64,000 nt of DNA from a candidate division WOR-3 bacterium (lineage in GTDB: Bacteria; Hydrothermota; 32-111): positions 354,595 to 418,594 of the forward strand of contig JBDRZY010000001.1 of the NCBI GenBank assembly GCA_039804205.1. The letters are read 5' to 3'. Each line of letters starts with the position of its first letter. The stretch's first letter is position 1. A program made the translations under genes and the position numbers. Of this stretch, positions 53,501 through 63,362 are shown piece after piece. The notes under the pieces are model-generated. The model was not told where the DNA came from. It worked only from the letters and a program-made list of their open reading frames with translations, and made no database searches.

Positions 53501-55312
53501 ATGTTCAAAAAGTTTCTCATTTTAACAGTTCTTTTGGTTATTTCAATTTTGATCTTCTCCTATACAGGGCCTAATGTAAAATATCCTTTCAAACAGACAT
53601 CATGGTCAGGTGGTCCTGGACAACAGGTTTACAATGACAACACGAAATTTTTAACCTGTGAGAGGATACATTTTTTAACAACACCTTTAACACTTGGTTT
53701 TATTGAAGATACAAATTTTGCTGTTCTGTCAGCATATCCACCCGCTGCTGCTGGAAGTGTTACGATAGTGAACGATCTTATCAACATAAACGATACAATC
53801 TTTGCTGTTGGTGGAAAAAAAGCAAACCTTTCATTTTCAACAAGTAAAGGTCAAACATGGACAAGTTTTGATACTATACCTGTTAACCAGAACAACTGTG
53901 AACTTTTAGCGTTTGAAAAAGTAAATGATACAATTTTTGCTGGTGGATACTGGGGAGCCATAAATTTTGGATTTATCTATAAAAGTGGTGATATGAAGAC
54001 CTGGACAGGTGTTGGATCACAGCCAATAGAAGCAGCAAGAGTTTACGATATTTTACACTTAAATGGTGACACATTTTTAATTGCAGGTGGTGATCCTGAT
54101 CCAGGAAGTGCTGACTTTGATGGGCAGGTATTCTTAACAACTGACAGGTTTGCTACTTATACAAAAATCGATACTCTTGGATATCTTTTGGTTAACAAAA
54201 TCATAAAATATAACGGTGATACACTTATAGCATGTGGTGATAACCTTCTATACGGTGAACCAGTTTATATCTCTTATGATAGAGGTGGATCATGGGTTCC
54301 ATCAGGTGTAGTTGATACATACTTTACAAACAATATGGAGCCATTTGCTCTAATAACGGTTGAAAAAATAGGGAACTCAATTTATGCAGGAAGTTATGGA
54401 ACTTTTGGTGGTGGGATTTACAGATCTGATGATTGTGGGCAGAACTGGATAGCACTTGATACAACTGGAGTTATTCCAGATACTTCAGATATAACAGGAA
54501 TATATTCACTCGATAATGGAACAACGATTTATGTCACTGCTACATATCCTGGTGCGTTGTATAAATCTCTTGATGGAGGTTATACTTTCACCCTCTGTGA
54601 TATAATCACAGATCTTGGAGCAGTTGGTTTTGTAAAACTTGGTGAACATACTTATGGTGTTGGAGCAACAAGTTCAACTGCAGGTGGAAAGATCTATTAT
54701 GACAGTTATTACAAAAACGGATATCTAATCTCTTCTGCAATAAATATTGACAAATATGATGCTGTTTTAGTATCGGATTATTTTGATCTTTACAATGTGT
54801 TCATAACATTCAACAAACCATCATTTACAACATTCACATTAAAGATGAGATCATCAGCAGATTCAACAATGGCAACAGCAACAGATTGGGCATCATGTCC
54901 TTCAATAACATCATACAACAGTTATTCTTCAAACTTAGCAACAATCTCTTCAATAACAAATAAAGCAGGACACCACTATATCCAGTATAGAATAGATTTC
55001 ACAACATCAAGGATGGAACTTACTCCAACAGTTGATTCTATATGGATCGAAAAGGTTTCAGGTGTTGATGAACTTTCAAAAGATTCAAAAAATCCTGTTG
55101 TAAAATTTGTTTCACCTTTAAAACTTTCAATTTCATCAACAAATTCTGTTAACCTAAAAATATTTGATATTGCAGGTAGAAATGTGTTAACCGAAAATGT
55201 TTCACATGAAAAAACAGTTGACCTTTCAAAACTTCCATCAGGTAAATACATTTTGAAACTCTATAATAATACAAAGGAAATTTTAACAAAAGATTTTACA
55301 ATAATAAAGTAA
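53501..55312 (+). CDS. Secreted BNR/Ycf48-like beta-propeller protein with T9SS-like C-terminal domain
   Basis: Signal peptide; repeated S.D.G..W/F Asp-boxes; IFDIAGR...LPSGKYIL tail; SD GGAGG. Confidence 0.8.
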   Translation: MFKKFLILTVLLVISILIFSYTGPNVKYPFKQTSWSGGPGQQVYNDNTKFLTCERIHFLTTPLTLGFIEDTNFAVLSAYPPAAAGSVTIVNDLININDTIFAVGGKKANLSFSTSKGQTWTSFDTIPVNQNNCELLAFEKVNDTIFAGGYWGAINFGFIYKSGDMKTWTGVGSQPIEAARVYDILHLNGDTFLIAGGDPDPGSADFDGQVFLTTDRFATYTKIDTLGYLLVNKIIKYNGDTLIACGDNLLYGEPVYISYDRGGSWVPSGVVDTYFTNNMEPFALITVEKIGNSIYAGSYGTFGGGIYRSDDCGQNWIALDTTGVIPDTSDITGIYSLDNGTTIYVTATYPGALYKSLDGGYTFTLCDIITDLGAVGFVKLGEHTYGVGATSSTAGGKIYYDSYYKNGYLISSAINIDKYDAVLVSDYFDLYNVFITFNKPSFTTFTLKMRSSADSTMATATDWASCPSITSYNSYSSNLATISSITNKAGHHYIQYRIDFTTSRMELTPTVDSIWIEKVSGVDELSKDSKNPVVKFVSPLKLSISSTNSVNLKIFDIAGRNVLTENVSHEKTVDLSKLPSGKYILKLYNNTKEILTKDFTIIK

Positions 55313-55323
55313 ATTGTGAGACA

Positions 55324-55357
55324 AGTTCAGGGTGCATTAAATTTTGCACCCTGAACT
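55324..55357. terminator. 13-bp stem-loop; U-tract only on the minus strand
   Basis: AGTTCAGGGTGCA-8 nt-TGCACCCTGAACT followed by A7. Confidence 0.65.
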
Positions 55358-55363
55358 AAAAAA

Positions 55364-55378
55364 ATGCAAAAATTTCAT
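55364..55378. promoter_or_regulatory. Imperfect palindrome, candidate enhancer-binding-protein site
   Basis: ATGCAAAAATTTCAT; core identical to 21373-21385; about 70 nt upstream of a sigma54 -24 element. Confidence 0.45.
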
Positions 55379-55446
55379 ATTGTTGATAAATTTTTCAAAG
55401 GAACAAGATTAAATAACTGACAATATATTATATTTATAATTTTCAC

Positions 55447-55462
55447 TGGTATAAATTTTGCT
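55447..55462 (+). promoter_or_regulatory. Sigma54 (-24/-12) promoter of the large S8 protease gene
   Basis: TGGTATA-AATT-TTGCT; exactly 10 nt between GG and GC. Confidence 0.7.
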
Positions 55463-55519
55463 TAATTTAAATTTATGAAAGTTTTTGAAAAATTTTGTGA
55501 AAAGATAAAAGGAGGTAAG

Positions 55520-58500
55520 ATGAAGCGATTTATAACAGTGCTGCTTCTTGTTTCCCTTATCCTTCTTTTTGCTGGTGCAAAATCGGTGAACAACAAAGCA
55601 ACAGTTGTTGAAAACATTGCACCATCAATGGATAATGGAACATATTTCAATCCTCTTGCTGATGGTTTTAAATCCATCACAAAAGGTAAAGAGATGGTAA
55701 AAGCGATGAAGGATCCAAACATTCTCCATCTTCCATACCATGATTTTGATGTGAGGAATGGAGAGCCAAACATTCCATCAGAATTGAAAGCAAAGTTGAC
55801 AAAGGATGGAACAAACTATTACATTTTAAAATTTTCAGGTCCTGTGCTTGAAAAATACAAAAGTGAACTTTCAAATTATGATGTGAAATTTGAATGGCCA
55901 GTTCACAACTACGGTTATATTGTGAAAATGAGAGATAGTGATGTAGAAAAGATTTCACAACTACCATACATAAAATTTGTTTCACTCTGGCATCCTGCTT
56001 ATAAAGCATCTCCAAAATTTTTGAATTCAAAGTCAGATGTGAAAAGAGAGATAGTTGTCAGGTTGTTCAGAAACGGTTCATACTATGAAACACTTGATAA
56101 TCTGAAAAAACTTGGTGCAAAGATCCTTGATAAATCACAGCCAACAACTGCTCTTGCAACATTTTTGATTGAAGTTCCAGAGAATATGATTTCAGAAGTT
56201 GCAAAGATTAAAGATGTTTATCTTATGATGCAGTATGCGAAAAAATATCCAAGAAACGATAACGGTCGAGCGATAATAATGAATGGAACAACAGTTGTTG
56301 CAGATACTGTTATCTGGAACAGAGGAGTCAGAGGTGCAGGACAGATAATAAATGTCTCTGATTCAGGTATCACAATAGGGCACTATCAGTTCTACGATCC
56401 AGCGGTTCCATTGACAACATGGGGATACTATCCAACACATAGAAAAGTTATCGCTTATCTTCCAACACATCCAGATTTTCTTGATACTTTGAATTTCGGT
56501 GATGAAAATTTGGCAAGTTACCACGGAACACATGTTTCTGGAACAGCAGCAGGTTCTGATGATGGTCTTGGATCATCAAACTATGATGGTATAGCAAAAC
56601 AGGCAAAAATCCTGTTCATGGATGCTGGAAACACTGTTGATGATTTCTTGTGGATTCCAATAGATTGTTATTCAATGTTTGATACAATGTATGTTCATGG
56701 TGCAAGGATAACTTCAAACTCTTATGGTCCTTCTGTGTCATCATATCCTGAACTTGCAGGTGCTTATGATGAGGGATGTCAGTTGACTGATGCTTATATG
56801 TGGGATCATAAGGATTTCAATGTCCATTTTGCAGCAGGTAATGATGGTTCAGCAGCAGGAACAATTTCAGGAACAGCATGTGCAAAAGATGTTTATGCAG
56901 CAGGTTCATGTTCTGAAGTTTCCCCAACATCTATTTCAACATTTTCATCAAGAGGACCAACTGCTGATGGAAGGTATGGTGTTACACTTCTAACTCCTGG
57001 TGAGGATGTTATGTCAGCTGATGGTTCAACATCTGGTGCAACATCAAACTATGTGAATATGCAGGGAACCTCAATGGCAACACCATTCTCAGCAGGTGCA
57101 ATCGCACTCATAAGAGATTATCTTGCACAGGGATTTTATCCAACAGGTTCAAAAGTGGCAGCAAACGCAATCACAAATCCTTCTTCAGCACTCATAAGAG
57201 CACTCGCTGTGAACTCAGCAAACGATTGTGGACAGACGATTCCAAACAACAACTACGGTTTTGGAAGATTACAGTTGAACAATTGTTTGTTGTTCAGTTA
57301 TTCTGGTTCAACATCACCTAAAGCAGTTGTTTTTGATGATAATCAGGATGGACTTTTAACTGGTGAATATGTTGAATACCAGTTCAATGTTACAGATGGT
57401 GCAAACGAGTTGAGAGTTACACTTGTATGGACAGATTATCCAGCACCATTTTTTGGTGATAACACTGTTACAGATACAACTCTTGTAAATGATCTTGATC
57501 TACAGGTTTACAATCCAACTGGAACTCTTGTGTCAGGAACTGATCATCTTAACACTATAGAACAGTATAGAAACTTAACACCAGCAACAGGAACATGGAG
57601 AGTCAGAGTTGTTGCAACAGATTGTCCTGTTTCACCACAACCATACGCAATAGTTGTATCCTATTCTGTGAACAATTTGAACAACGGTTATGTTAAATTT
57701 GATAAAGCAGTTTATTCATGTATAGATTCTATTGCAACAGTTATTATTACAGATTGTGATACCGCAACAGGACTTCTTGATTCTTTCAATGTAAAAGTTT
57801 ATTCAAAACTTGGTGATACTGAATATGTAAAAGTTAAAGGAACAACAGGAATATTCAAAGGTTCAATCCAGATGGCTTATCAGGCACCAATATCATCAAA
57901 CTTTAACGATGGTTTCCTTGGTGTTAACAAGATAGATACTATCTGGGCTATTTATAATGATATTTATCCAGTAGCAACAGTTACGGCAAGGGCTTTGATC
58001 GATAATGCTACATTCACAATTTACAATGTCAGATGTGAGAAAGCTGAAGGAACGAGGGGATTCATCGCCTGGAACACAACTGAGCCAACAACTGGAAAGG
58101 TCTATTATGGACCAACAACAGCACTCGGTTATGAAACAGCAGAGAATCCAAACCTTGTTTACGATCATTCAGGTGATCAGGCAATTATAGTTTCAAATCT
58201 CACACCGAACACAGTTTACTATTTTGATGTTGAATCAAAAGATCATAAAGGAAATACTGTAAGAGATGATAACAATGGTAAACATTACCAGTTCGCAACT
58301 GTTGATATCGCAGGTGCAGATATTTTGGTTCTTGTAACTGATGATAACCTTGAAGGTGAACTCTTTGCACATCCTGACTTTTTGGTCTATGCTATACAGC
58401 AGGGTGGTTGGAACTATGCTTGGTATCAGACATCTTTGAACAACTTCGGACAACTCCCTGTTACAAATCTGATGAGAAACTTTAAAGCAATATTCTTACA

Positions 58501-60370
58501 GTCAGGTCAGGAGAACTATCCACCACTCACAAAACCACAGGAAGAATCATTAAAAATTTATGAAGCAGGTGGTGGAAGAATAGCATACACAGGACACGAT
58601 TTTGGCTGGGCAATGGCTTCAAAAGAAGGTTATACCTATGTTGGAACAGATAAAAACGACTCACTCTTTGTTATAAATTATATGATGGGTAGATATGTTG
58701 GTGATATAGTTGCAACCGGTAATTTCACACTCTATGGAGTATCAGGTGATCCGATCTCTGGTGCATACACATCCGGTGTCCCATACAACCCATACAGAAG
58801 TGGTGCTGATGGTGACTCAATGTATGGTGTATCAGCAGCGTTTGTTGCTGGAACCTCAACGAATGTCTGGAGATGGAATGCTGCAACCGGTCCAGTTGTT
58901 GGAGTAAAATGGGAATCAACAAACAACCTTGGAACACCTGGTGTTGGTGTATGGGGTGGATACAAAACAAGAGTTATCTTCAACGCATTTGAGATAACAC
59001 AGATTGATACTACAAATCCAACCTCAGCAACAAGAACAAACATTCTAAACAATAACCTTATCTGGCTTATAGGTCATGACCATCCTGATGTTACAATAAG
59101 TGCTCCAGTTGCTGGTAATACATACACTACGAACACGATTTCAATCTCATGGACAGCAACTGCTTATGGTGGTGCTGCAATAGATACAACTTATATCTAT
59201 TATTCACCAAACGGTGGTGATTCATGGATTCTTATAACAAAAGGAACATCTATAACCTCACCATACACATGGGATGTTTCATCATTACTTAATGGTAATA
59301 AATATAGAGTAAAGGTAAAAGTCAGTGACAAGAATGTATATCCTTCAATGACAGGTGAAGCAACAACAGGTAACTTCACAATTTCGAGAGTTGGTGGTGA
59401 TTATCTTGGACCAATAGTTTATGCTGGTTCAATTCAGACGAATCCATCACCTGTTGGAAACGCAGCAGGACTTGGGCTTCCAACATCATTTACAATAACA
59501 GCAATAATCTCTGATTCATCAACAGGTATGTCAAACATCAGTGGTGCTGAATGGTCCTATGGTCCAACACCTGCACCAGCAGGAACAGGTTATCCGATGA
59601 GTGCGGTTGATGGTTCGTTCAACTCAATATATGAACAGGTTACAGCAACAGTTAGTTCAACAGTTGGATGGCCGGTTGGAACAGTAAAGATCTGGGTCAG
59701 AGGTAGAGATGCTTCTCCAGCAAAAACACCCTCTAACTGGGGTGATGCTTTTGAAGGATCAGTTGTTGTTCTGAACAACTCAGCAACTTTAACAAGAGTT
59801 CAGATGACAGAGATATCAGCAATATCTGAGAACAACACGATAACACTCAAATGGTCAACAACATCAGAATTCAATAACGCTTCATGGATAATCGAAAGAT
59901 CTCTTGATGGGCTCAACTTTGAAAAGATAGGAACACTTGAAGCAAAGAATGCTCCATCAACATACACATTCACAGATACAAAGGTTTATGGTGGAACCGT
60001 TTACTACTACAAAGTTTCCGATGTATCAAAGAATGGAATCAAGACAGAGCATCCAGTTGTTAAGGTTGTTGCTTCAGGCAAACCAAGACCTACAACTTAC
60101 ACTCTCTCACAGAATCAGCCAAACCCATTCAAAGATGTAACAGTAATAGAGTATGCTGTTCCAGTTAAAGGAAAAGTTACTCTTGCTGTTTACGATATAA
60201 CAGGTAAACTTATTAAAACACTTGTGAACGAAGTCAAGGATGTTTCCTGGTATACAGCAAAATGGGATGGTAAAGATAATTCTGGAAAGAGTGTAGCAGC
60301 AGGTGTTTATTTCTACAAACTCTCTGCATCCGGATTTGAATCAACTATGAAGATGACCTATCTGAAATAA
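55520..60370 (+). CDS. Large secreted S8 subtilase (KP-43-like) with accessory beta-sandwich domains and FlgD/T9SS-like C-terminal domain
   Basis: SD AAGGAGGT; signal peptide; SDSG, HGTHVSGT, AAGN, GTSMATP; VTLVWTD..VNDLDL; LSQNQPNPF...WDGKD..G..VAAGVYFY. Confidence 0.93.
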   Translation: MKRFITVLLLVSLILLFAGAKSVNNKATVVENIAPSMDNGTYFNPLADGFKSITKGKEMVKAMKDPNILHLPYHDFDVRNGEPNIPSELKAKLTKDGTNYYILKFSGPVLEKYKSELSNYDVKFEWPVHNYGYIVKMRDSDVEKISQLPYIKFVSLWHPAYKASPKFLNSKSDVKREIVVRLFRNGSYYETLDNLKKLGAKILDKSQPTTALATFLIEVPENMISEVAKIKDVYLMMQYAKKYPRNDNGRAIIMNGTTVVADTVIWNRGVRGAGQIINVSDSGITIGHYQFYDPAVPLTTWGYYPTHRKVIAYLPTHPDFLDTLNFGDENLASYHGTHVSGTAAGSDDGLGSSNYDGIAKQAKILFMDAGNTVDDFLWIPIDCYSMFDTMYVHGARITSNSYGPSVSSYPELAGAYDEGCQLTDAYMWDHKDFNVHFAAGNDGSAAGTISGTACAKDVYAAGSCSEVSPTSISTFSSRGPTADGRYGVTLLTPGEDVMSADGSTSGATSNYVNMQGTSMATPFSAGAIALIRDYLAQGFYPTGSKVAANAITNPSSALIRALAVNSANDCGQTIPNNNYGFGRLQLNNCLLFSYSGSTSPKAVVFDDNQDGLLTGEYVEYQFNVTDGANELRVTLVWTDYPAPFFGDNTVTDTTLVNDLDLQVYNPTGTLVSGTDHLNTIEQYRNLTPATGTWRVRVVATDCPVSPQPYAIVVSYSVNNLNNGYVKFDKAVYSCIDSIATVIITDCDTATGLLDSFNVKVYSKLGDTEYVKVKGTTGIFKGSIQMAYQAPISSNFNDGFLGVNKIDTIWAIYNDIYPVATVTARALIDNATFTIYNVRCEKAEGTRGFIAWNTTEPTTGKVYYGPTTALGYETAENPNLVYDHSGDQAIIVSNLTPNTVYYFDVESKDHKGNTVRDDNNGKHYQFATVDIAGADILVLVTDDNLEGELFAHPDFLVYAIQQGGWNYAWYQTSLNNFGQLPVTNLMRNFKAIFLQSGQENYPPLTKPQEESLKIYEAGGGRIAYTGHDFGWAMASKEGYTYVGTDKNDSLFVINYMMGRYVGDIVATGNFTLYGVSGDPISGAYTSGVPYNPYRSGADGDSMYGVSAAFVAGTSTNVWRWNAATGPVVGVKWESTNNLGTPGVGVWGGYKTRVIFNAFEITQIDTTNPTSATRTNILNNNLIWLIGHDHPDVTISAPVAGNTYTTNTISISWTATAYGGAAIDTTYIYYSPNGGDSWILITKGTSITSPYTWDVSSLLNGNKYRVKVKVSDKNVYPSMTGEATTGNFTISRVGGDYLGPIVYAGSIQTNPSPVGNAAGLGLPTSFTITAIISDSSTGMSNISGAEWSYGPTPAPAGTGYPMSAVDGSFNSIYEQVTATVSSTVGWPVGTVKIWVRGRDASPAKTPSNWGDAFEGSVVVLNNSATLTRVQMTEISAISENNTITLKWSTTSEFNNASWIIERSLDGLNFEKIGTLEAKNAPSTYTFTDTKVYGGTVYYYKVSDVSKNGIKTEHPVVKVVASGKPRPTTYTLSQNQPNPFKDVTVIEYAVPVKGKVTLAVYDITGKLIKTLVNEVKDVSWYTAKWDGKDNSGKSVAAGVYFYKLSASGFESTMKMTYLK

Positions 60371-60386
60371 CAGAATCTGAATATAG

Positions 60387-60418
60387 AAAAAAGCCCCCTT
60401 TTTTAAGGGGGCTTTTTT
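60387..60418. terminator. Bidirectional intrinsic terminator
   Basis: A6-GCCCCCTT-TTTT-AAGGGGGC-T6 between convergent genes. Confidence 0.9.
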
Positions 60419-60420
60419 AT

Positions 60421-61233
60421 TTATGCTCTTTTTGATTTTTTATAAGTTGAAAATAAAAGAATTGAAGAGAATAAGATTATAAGAAGTGAAGTTATCTGTG
60501 AAAGGGAAAAGATTTTGAAAACCAGAGCATTTTTTGAGTATTCTCTTAAAAAGTCAACAAAAAATCTCTCTGTTCCATAGATGATAAAGAAAGAATAAAA
60601 AATAAATCCATCAAAGAGTTTTTTTCTGTTGTATAGATAGAATAGAAAGAAAAAAACGATGAGCATCGTGAATGATTCTATCATCTGGGTCGGAATCACA
60701 GGAAGAGAACAACATGCATCAGGTTTGATCAAACCTTTTTCAAGTTGTTCTTGATATGGTGGTGGAAAATTTTCTCTTGGAAATCTTAGTCCGAAAGTTT
60801 TAGAAATTTTACCATAACAGCAACCGTTCAGGAAACATCCGATTCTACCAAAGAATATTCCAAGTGGAAATGAAGTCATAAATATGTCTCCGACCTTCAG
60901 TAGATCAAGATGGTTCCTTTTTATGTAAATGAGTCCTGCAATTATTCCTCCGAAGAAACCACCATAAAATACCATTCCACCTTCCCAGATTTTTATAATC
61001 GATAACAGATCATCTTTATATATGTTAAAATTTTCAATAACAAACCAGATCCTTGCACCGATTATACCACCTATTATGATCCAGACCGAAAGATCAAAAA
61101 GAATATCCCTTGAAATTTTTGATTTTTTTGAGAGTTGAAATATGACAAAGAGTGAAGCAAGAAATCCTATCGCTTGCATAAGACCATAAGAATAAAGTGT
61201 AATATTATCAAAATGAAATATTATTCTATGCAT
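60421..61233 (-). CDS. lgt: Prolipoprotein diacylglyceryl transferase
   Basis: SYG, GAR, IWEGGMVFYGG, GRIGCFLNGCCYG, PTQ.IE, RF.VDFLR. Confidence 0.95.
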   Translation of the reverse strand: MHRIIFHFDNITLYSYGLMQAIGFLASLFVIFQLSKKSKISRDILFDLSVWIIIGGIIGARIWFVIENFNIYKDDLLSIIKIWEGGMVFYGGFFGGIIAGLIYIKRNHLDLLKVGDIFMTSFPLGIFFGRIGCFLNGCCYGKISKTFGLRFPRENFPPPYQEQLEKGLIKPDACCSLPVIPTQMIESFTMLIVFFFLFYLYNRKKLFDGFIFYSFFIIYGTERFFVDFLREYSKNALVFKIFSLSQITSLLIILFSSILLFSTYKKSKRA

Positions 61234-61234
61234 A

Positions 61235-62485
61235 TTAAACTCCAACAATTTTTTCAATATCTTTTATTGATTTGGGAATCTCGATTGAAAGATTTTTGTA
61301 TCCGTTTTTTGTTACGAGTATATCATCTTCAATCCTGAGTCCAATCTCTTCTTCAGGTATGTAAATACCGGGTTCAATCGTTAAAACCATATTTTCTTCA
61401 AGTTCAGGCATATATCTTGGAACTGATGAAACATCGTGTGTATCAAGTCCAAGCATATGTCCAACAGAATGGGGATAATATTTTTTTACATCCTTCACAT
61501 CTTTGATATAGTTTAATTTTATAAGAAGTTTCCCAATAAATTCATTTGTTTTCTCATTCAACTCTTTCATACTCACACCGGGTTTTATCGAATCTATTAT
61601 TTTCTCCTGTATCTCAAGTAAAGGTTGATACAATCTTTTTTCCTTTTCAGTAAATTTTCTTTTTGGAGGAAAGACCCTTGTGATATCAGCAGAATAGAGT
61701 TCATATTCAGCACCAACATCTATAAGTATAAGGTCACCTTTTTTTACCTTCTGATTGTTTGATGTGTAATGTAAAGTTGCACCGTTTTTACCTGAAGCGA
61801 CTATTGAAGGGAACGCCGGGACAAAAACCCCATTTTTTAAAAATATATATTCAAGTTCCGCCTGAACCTCGTATTCGAACATTCCCTCACTGGCATTTTT
61901 CATACAGTTGATTATTCCCTCTTTTGTTATATCTATCGCTTTCTTTATACATTCTATCTCATATTTATCTTTGATCGATCTTAAAGGGTATATCAGATTG
62001 TTTGCAGGTAAGAAAGATTTTATCTGGGGAAAATGTTCTCTGAGTTTTGAAATTTTGTAATGGTTGTATCCTAAAAACTCAGTGACTCTTTCATTTGCAA
62101 AATCAAAGTAACAGATTACACCTTTGTTAACATAGTTTCCAAAATGAAAGTAAAAATCTTTGTTGTAAAAAACATTCTCAATTCCTGTTTCCTCTTTTAC
62201 CTCTTTATCAGATTTTTTCTTTCCAGTCCAGACCTCATAGTAGGGATTGTTCTCCTCAACAAAGAGTATCTCTTTTTCTTCTTTCTCTCCTTTGTAAAGT
62301 AAAAGAGTTGATGAAGGTTCCCTGTAACCTGTGAGATAAAAGAAATTTGAACTCTGCCTGTAGATATAGTTGTTTTCTGCATTTTTTTCCTTAAAAGATG
62401 CTGAATCGAGAAGAAGAACCGAATTCTTTTCCATCGATTTTAAAACTTTTTCTCTTCTTTTTTTGAAAATTTCTTTTGGAATCAT
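61235..62485 (-). CDS. pepP: Xaa-Pro aminopeptidase
   Basis: YRQ.SNF.YLTG, LHY, DVGAE...Y.ADITR, H..GH.LGLDTHD, TIEPGIY, RIEDD. Confidence 0.93.
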   Translation of the reverse strand: MIPKEIFKKRREKVLKSMEKNSVLLLDSASFKEKNAENNYIYRQSSNFFYLTGYREPSSTLLLYKGEKEEKEILFVEENNPYYEVWTGKKKSDKEVKEETGIENVFYNKDFYFHFGNYVNKGVICYFDFANERVTEFLGYNHYKISKLREHFPQIKSFLPANNLIYPLRSIKDKYEIECIKKAIDITKEGIINCMKNASEGMFEYEVQAELEYIFLKNGVFVPAFPSIVASGKNGATLHYTSNNQKVKKGDLILIDVGAEYELYSADITRVFPPKRKFTEKEKRLYQPLLEIQEKIIDSIKPGVSMKELNEKTNEFIGKLLIKLNYIKDVKDVKKYYPHSVGHMLGLDTHDVSSVPRYMPELEENMVLTIEPGIYIPEEEIGLRIEDDILVTKNGYKNLSIEIPKSIKDIEKIVGV

Positions 62486-62494
62486 ATATTCTCC

Positions 62495-63265
62495 TTATGG
62501 TTTAAAAATTTCAAAATTAAAATTTTGAATTATATTTTCAACAGATTCAAAACCGAAGGCAACATCTCCATCTTTGTGTGAGTCAGAACCTGTTGAAACA
62601 TATTTCCCACCAAGTTCCCTGTAAAGTTGAAGTATTTCGGTTGATGGAAACTCTTCTTTGCATCTATGTCTTAGGCCACTTGTGTTTATTTCAAGAACTA
62701 TGTTGTTTTTGATGATTTTTTTTAAAATTCTCTCATAATGGTTTTCATACCTTTTAAATGTGATCTTATGCTCTGAAAATTTTGAATATTTTTTGTAGTA
62801 ATCTATATGCCCCAGAATGTTGAAATTTCGAAAATCGACGATACTTTCAAGTTGTAAAAAATATTTTTCGTAATCAACATCTAAAATATTATCTTTATCT
62901 TTTTCAATCTGAGCGATCCAGTCGGAAATAACTATTCCTTCTACAAAATGTAACGAAACTATTCTGTAATCGAAAGGAAATCTGTTAAAAGTTTCAACGA
63001 TCTTTTCTTCATAATCTTTTTCATAAGATGATTCTATTCCAACAAAGAGTTTAATTCTGTTTTGATATTTCTTTTTTAAGGTTAAAAATTCTTCAAATTG
63101 TTTTTTGCCTTTGTAAAACATATTTCCAGGATCGTTCTGGTTGAAATCGAGATGATCTGAAAAACCTAAAACTTTTAGATTTTTCGATAACGATTCAAGA
63201 ACTATATCTTCCATTCTTCTTTTCGAATCGTATGAATAAAGTGAATGGTTGTGTAAATCTATCAT
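62495..63265 (-). CDS. HisJ-family PHP histidinol-phosphatase-like protein
   Basis: DLHNHS, SDH, GIE, SLH, GHID, EINTSG, GSDSH. Confidence 0.88.
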   Translation of the reverse strand: MIDLHNHSLYSYDSKRRMEDIVLESLSKNLKVLGFSDHLDFNQNDPGNMFYKGKKQFEEFLTLKKKYQNRIKLFVGIESSYEKDYEEKIVETFNRFPFDYRIVSLHFVEGIVISDWIAQIEKDKDNILDVDYEKYFLQLESIVDFRNFNILGHIDYYKKYSKFSEHKITFKRYENHYERILKKIIKNNIVLEINTSGLRHRCKEEFPSTEILQLYRELGGKYVSTGSDSHKDGDVAFGFESVENIIQNFNFEIFKP

Positions 63266-63273
63266 ATCTGCTT

Positions 63274-63301
63274 ATTTTAACAGGTTGAACTTTTAAGTCA
63301 A
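63274..63301 (-). promoter_or_regulatory. Sigma70 promoter, probably leaderless
   Basis: Minus strand TTGACT-16-TAAAAT with TG extension; ATG 8 nt downstream, no SD. Confidence 0.65.
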
Positions 63302-63305
63302 TATA

Positions 63306-63334
63306 TTGACAAACAGTGCTTTATAAAATACAAT
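63306..63334 (+). promoter_or_regulatory. Sigma70 promoter of the aminotransferase gene
   Basis: TTGACA-17-TACAAT followed by SD AAGGAGG. Confidence 0.72.
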
Positions 63335-63362
63335 TAAAATATTAAAATTTGAAGGAGGAACT

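Noticed and set aside
55475-55519. Upstream ATG for the large S8 protease
   Set aside because: The SD AAGGAGGT and signal peptide support ATG 55520.
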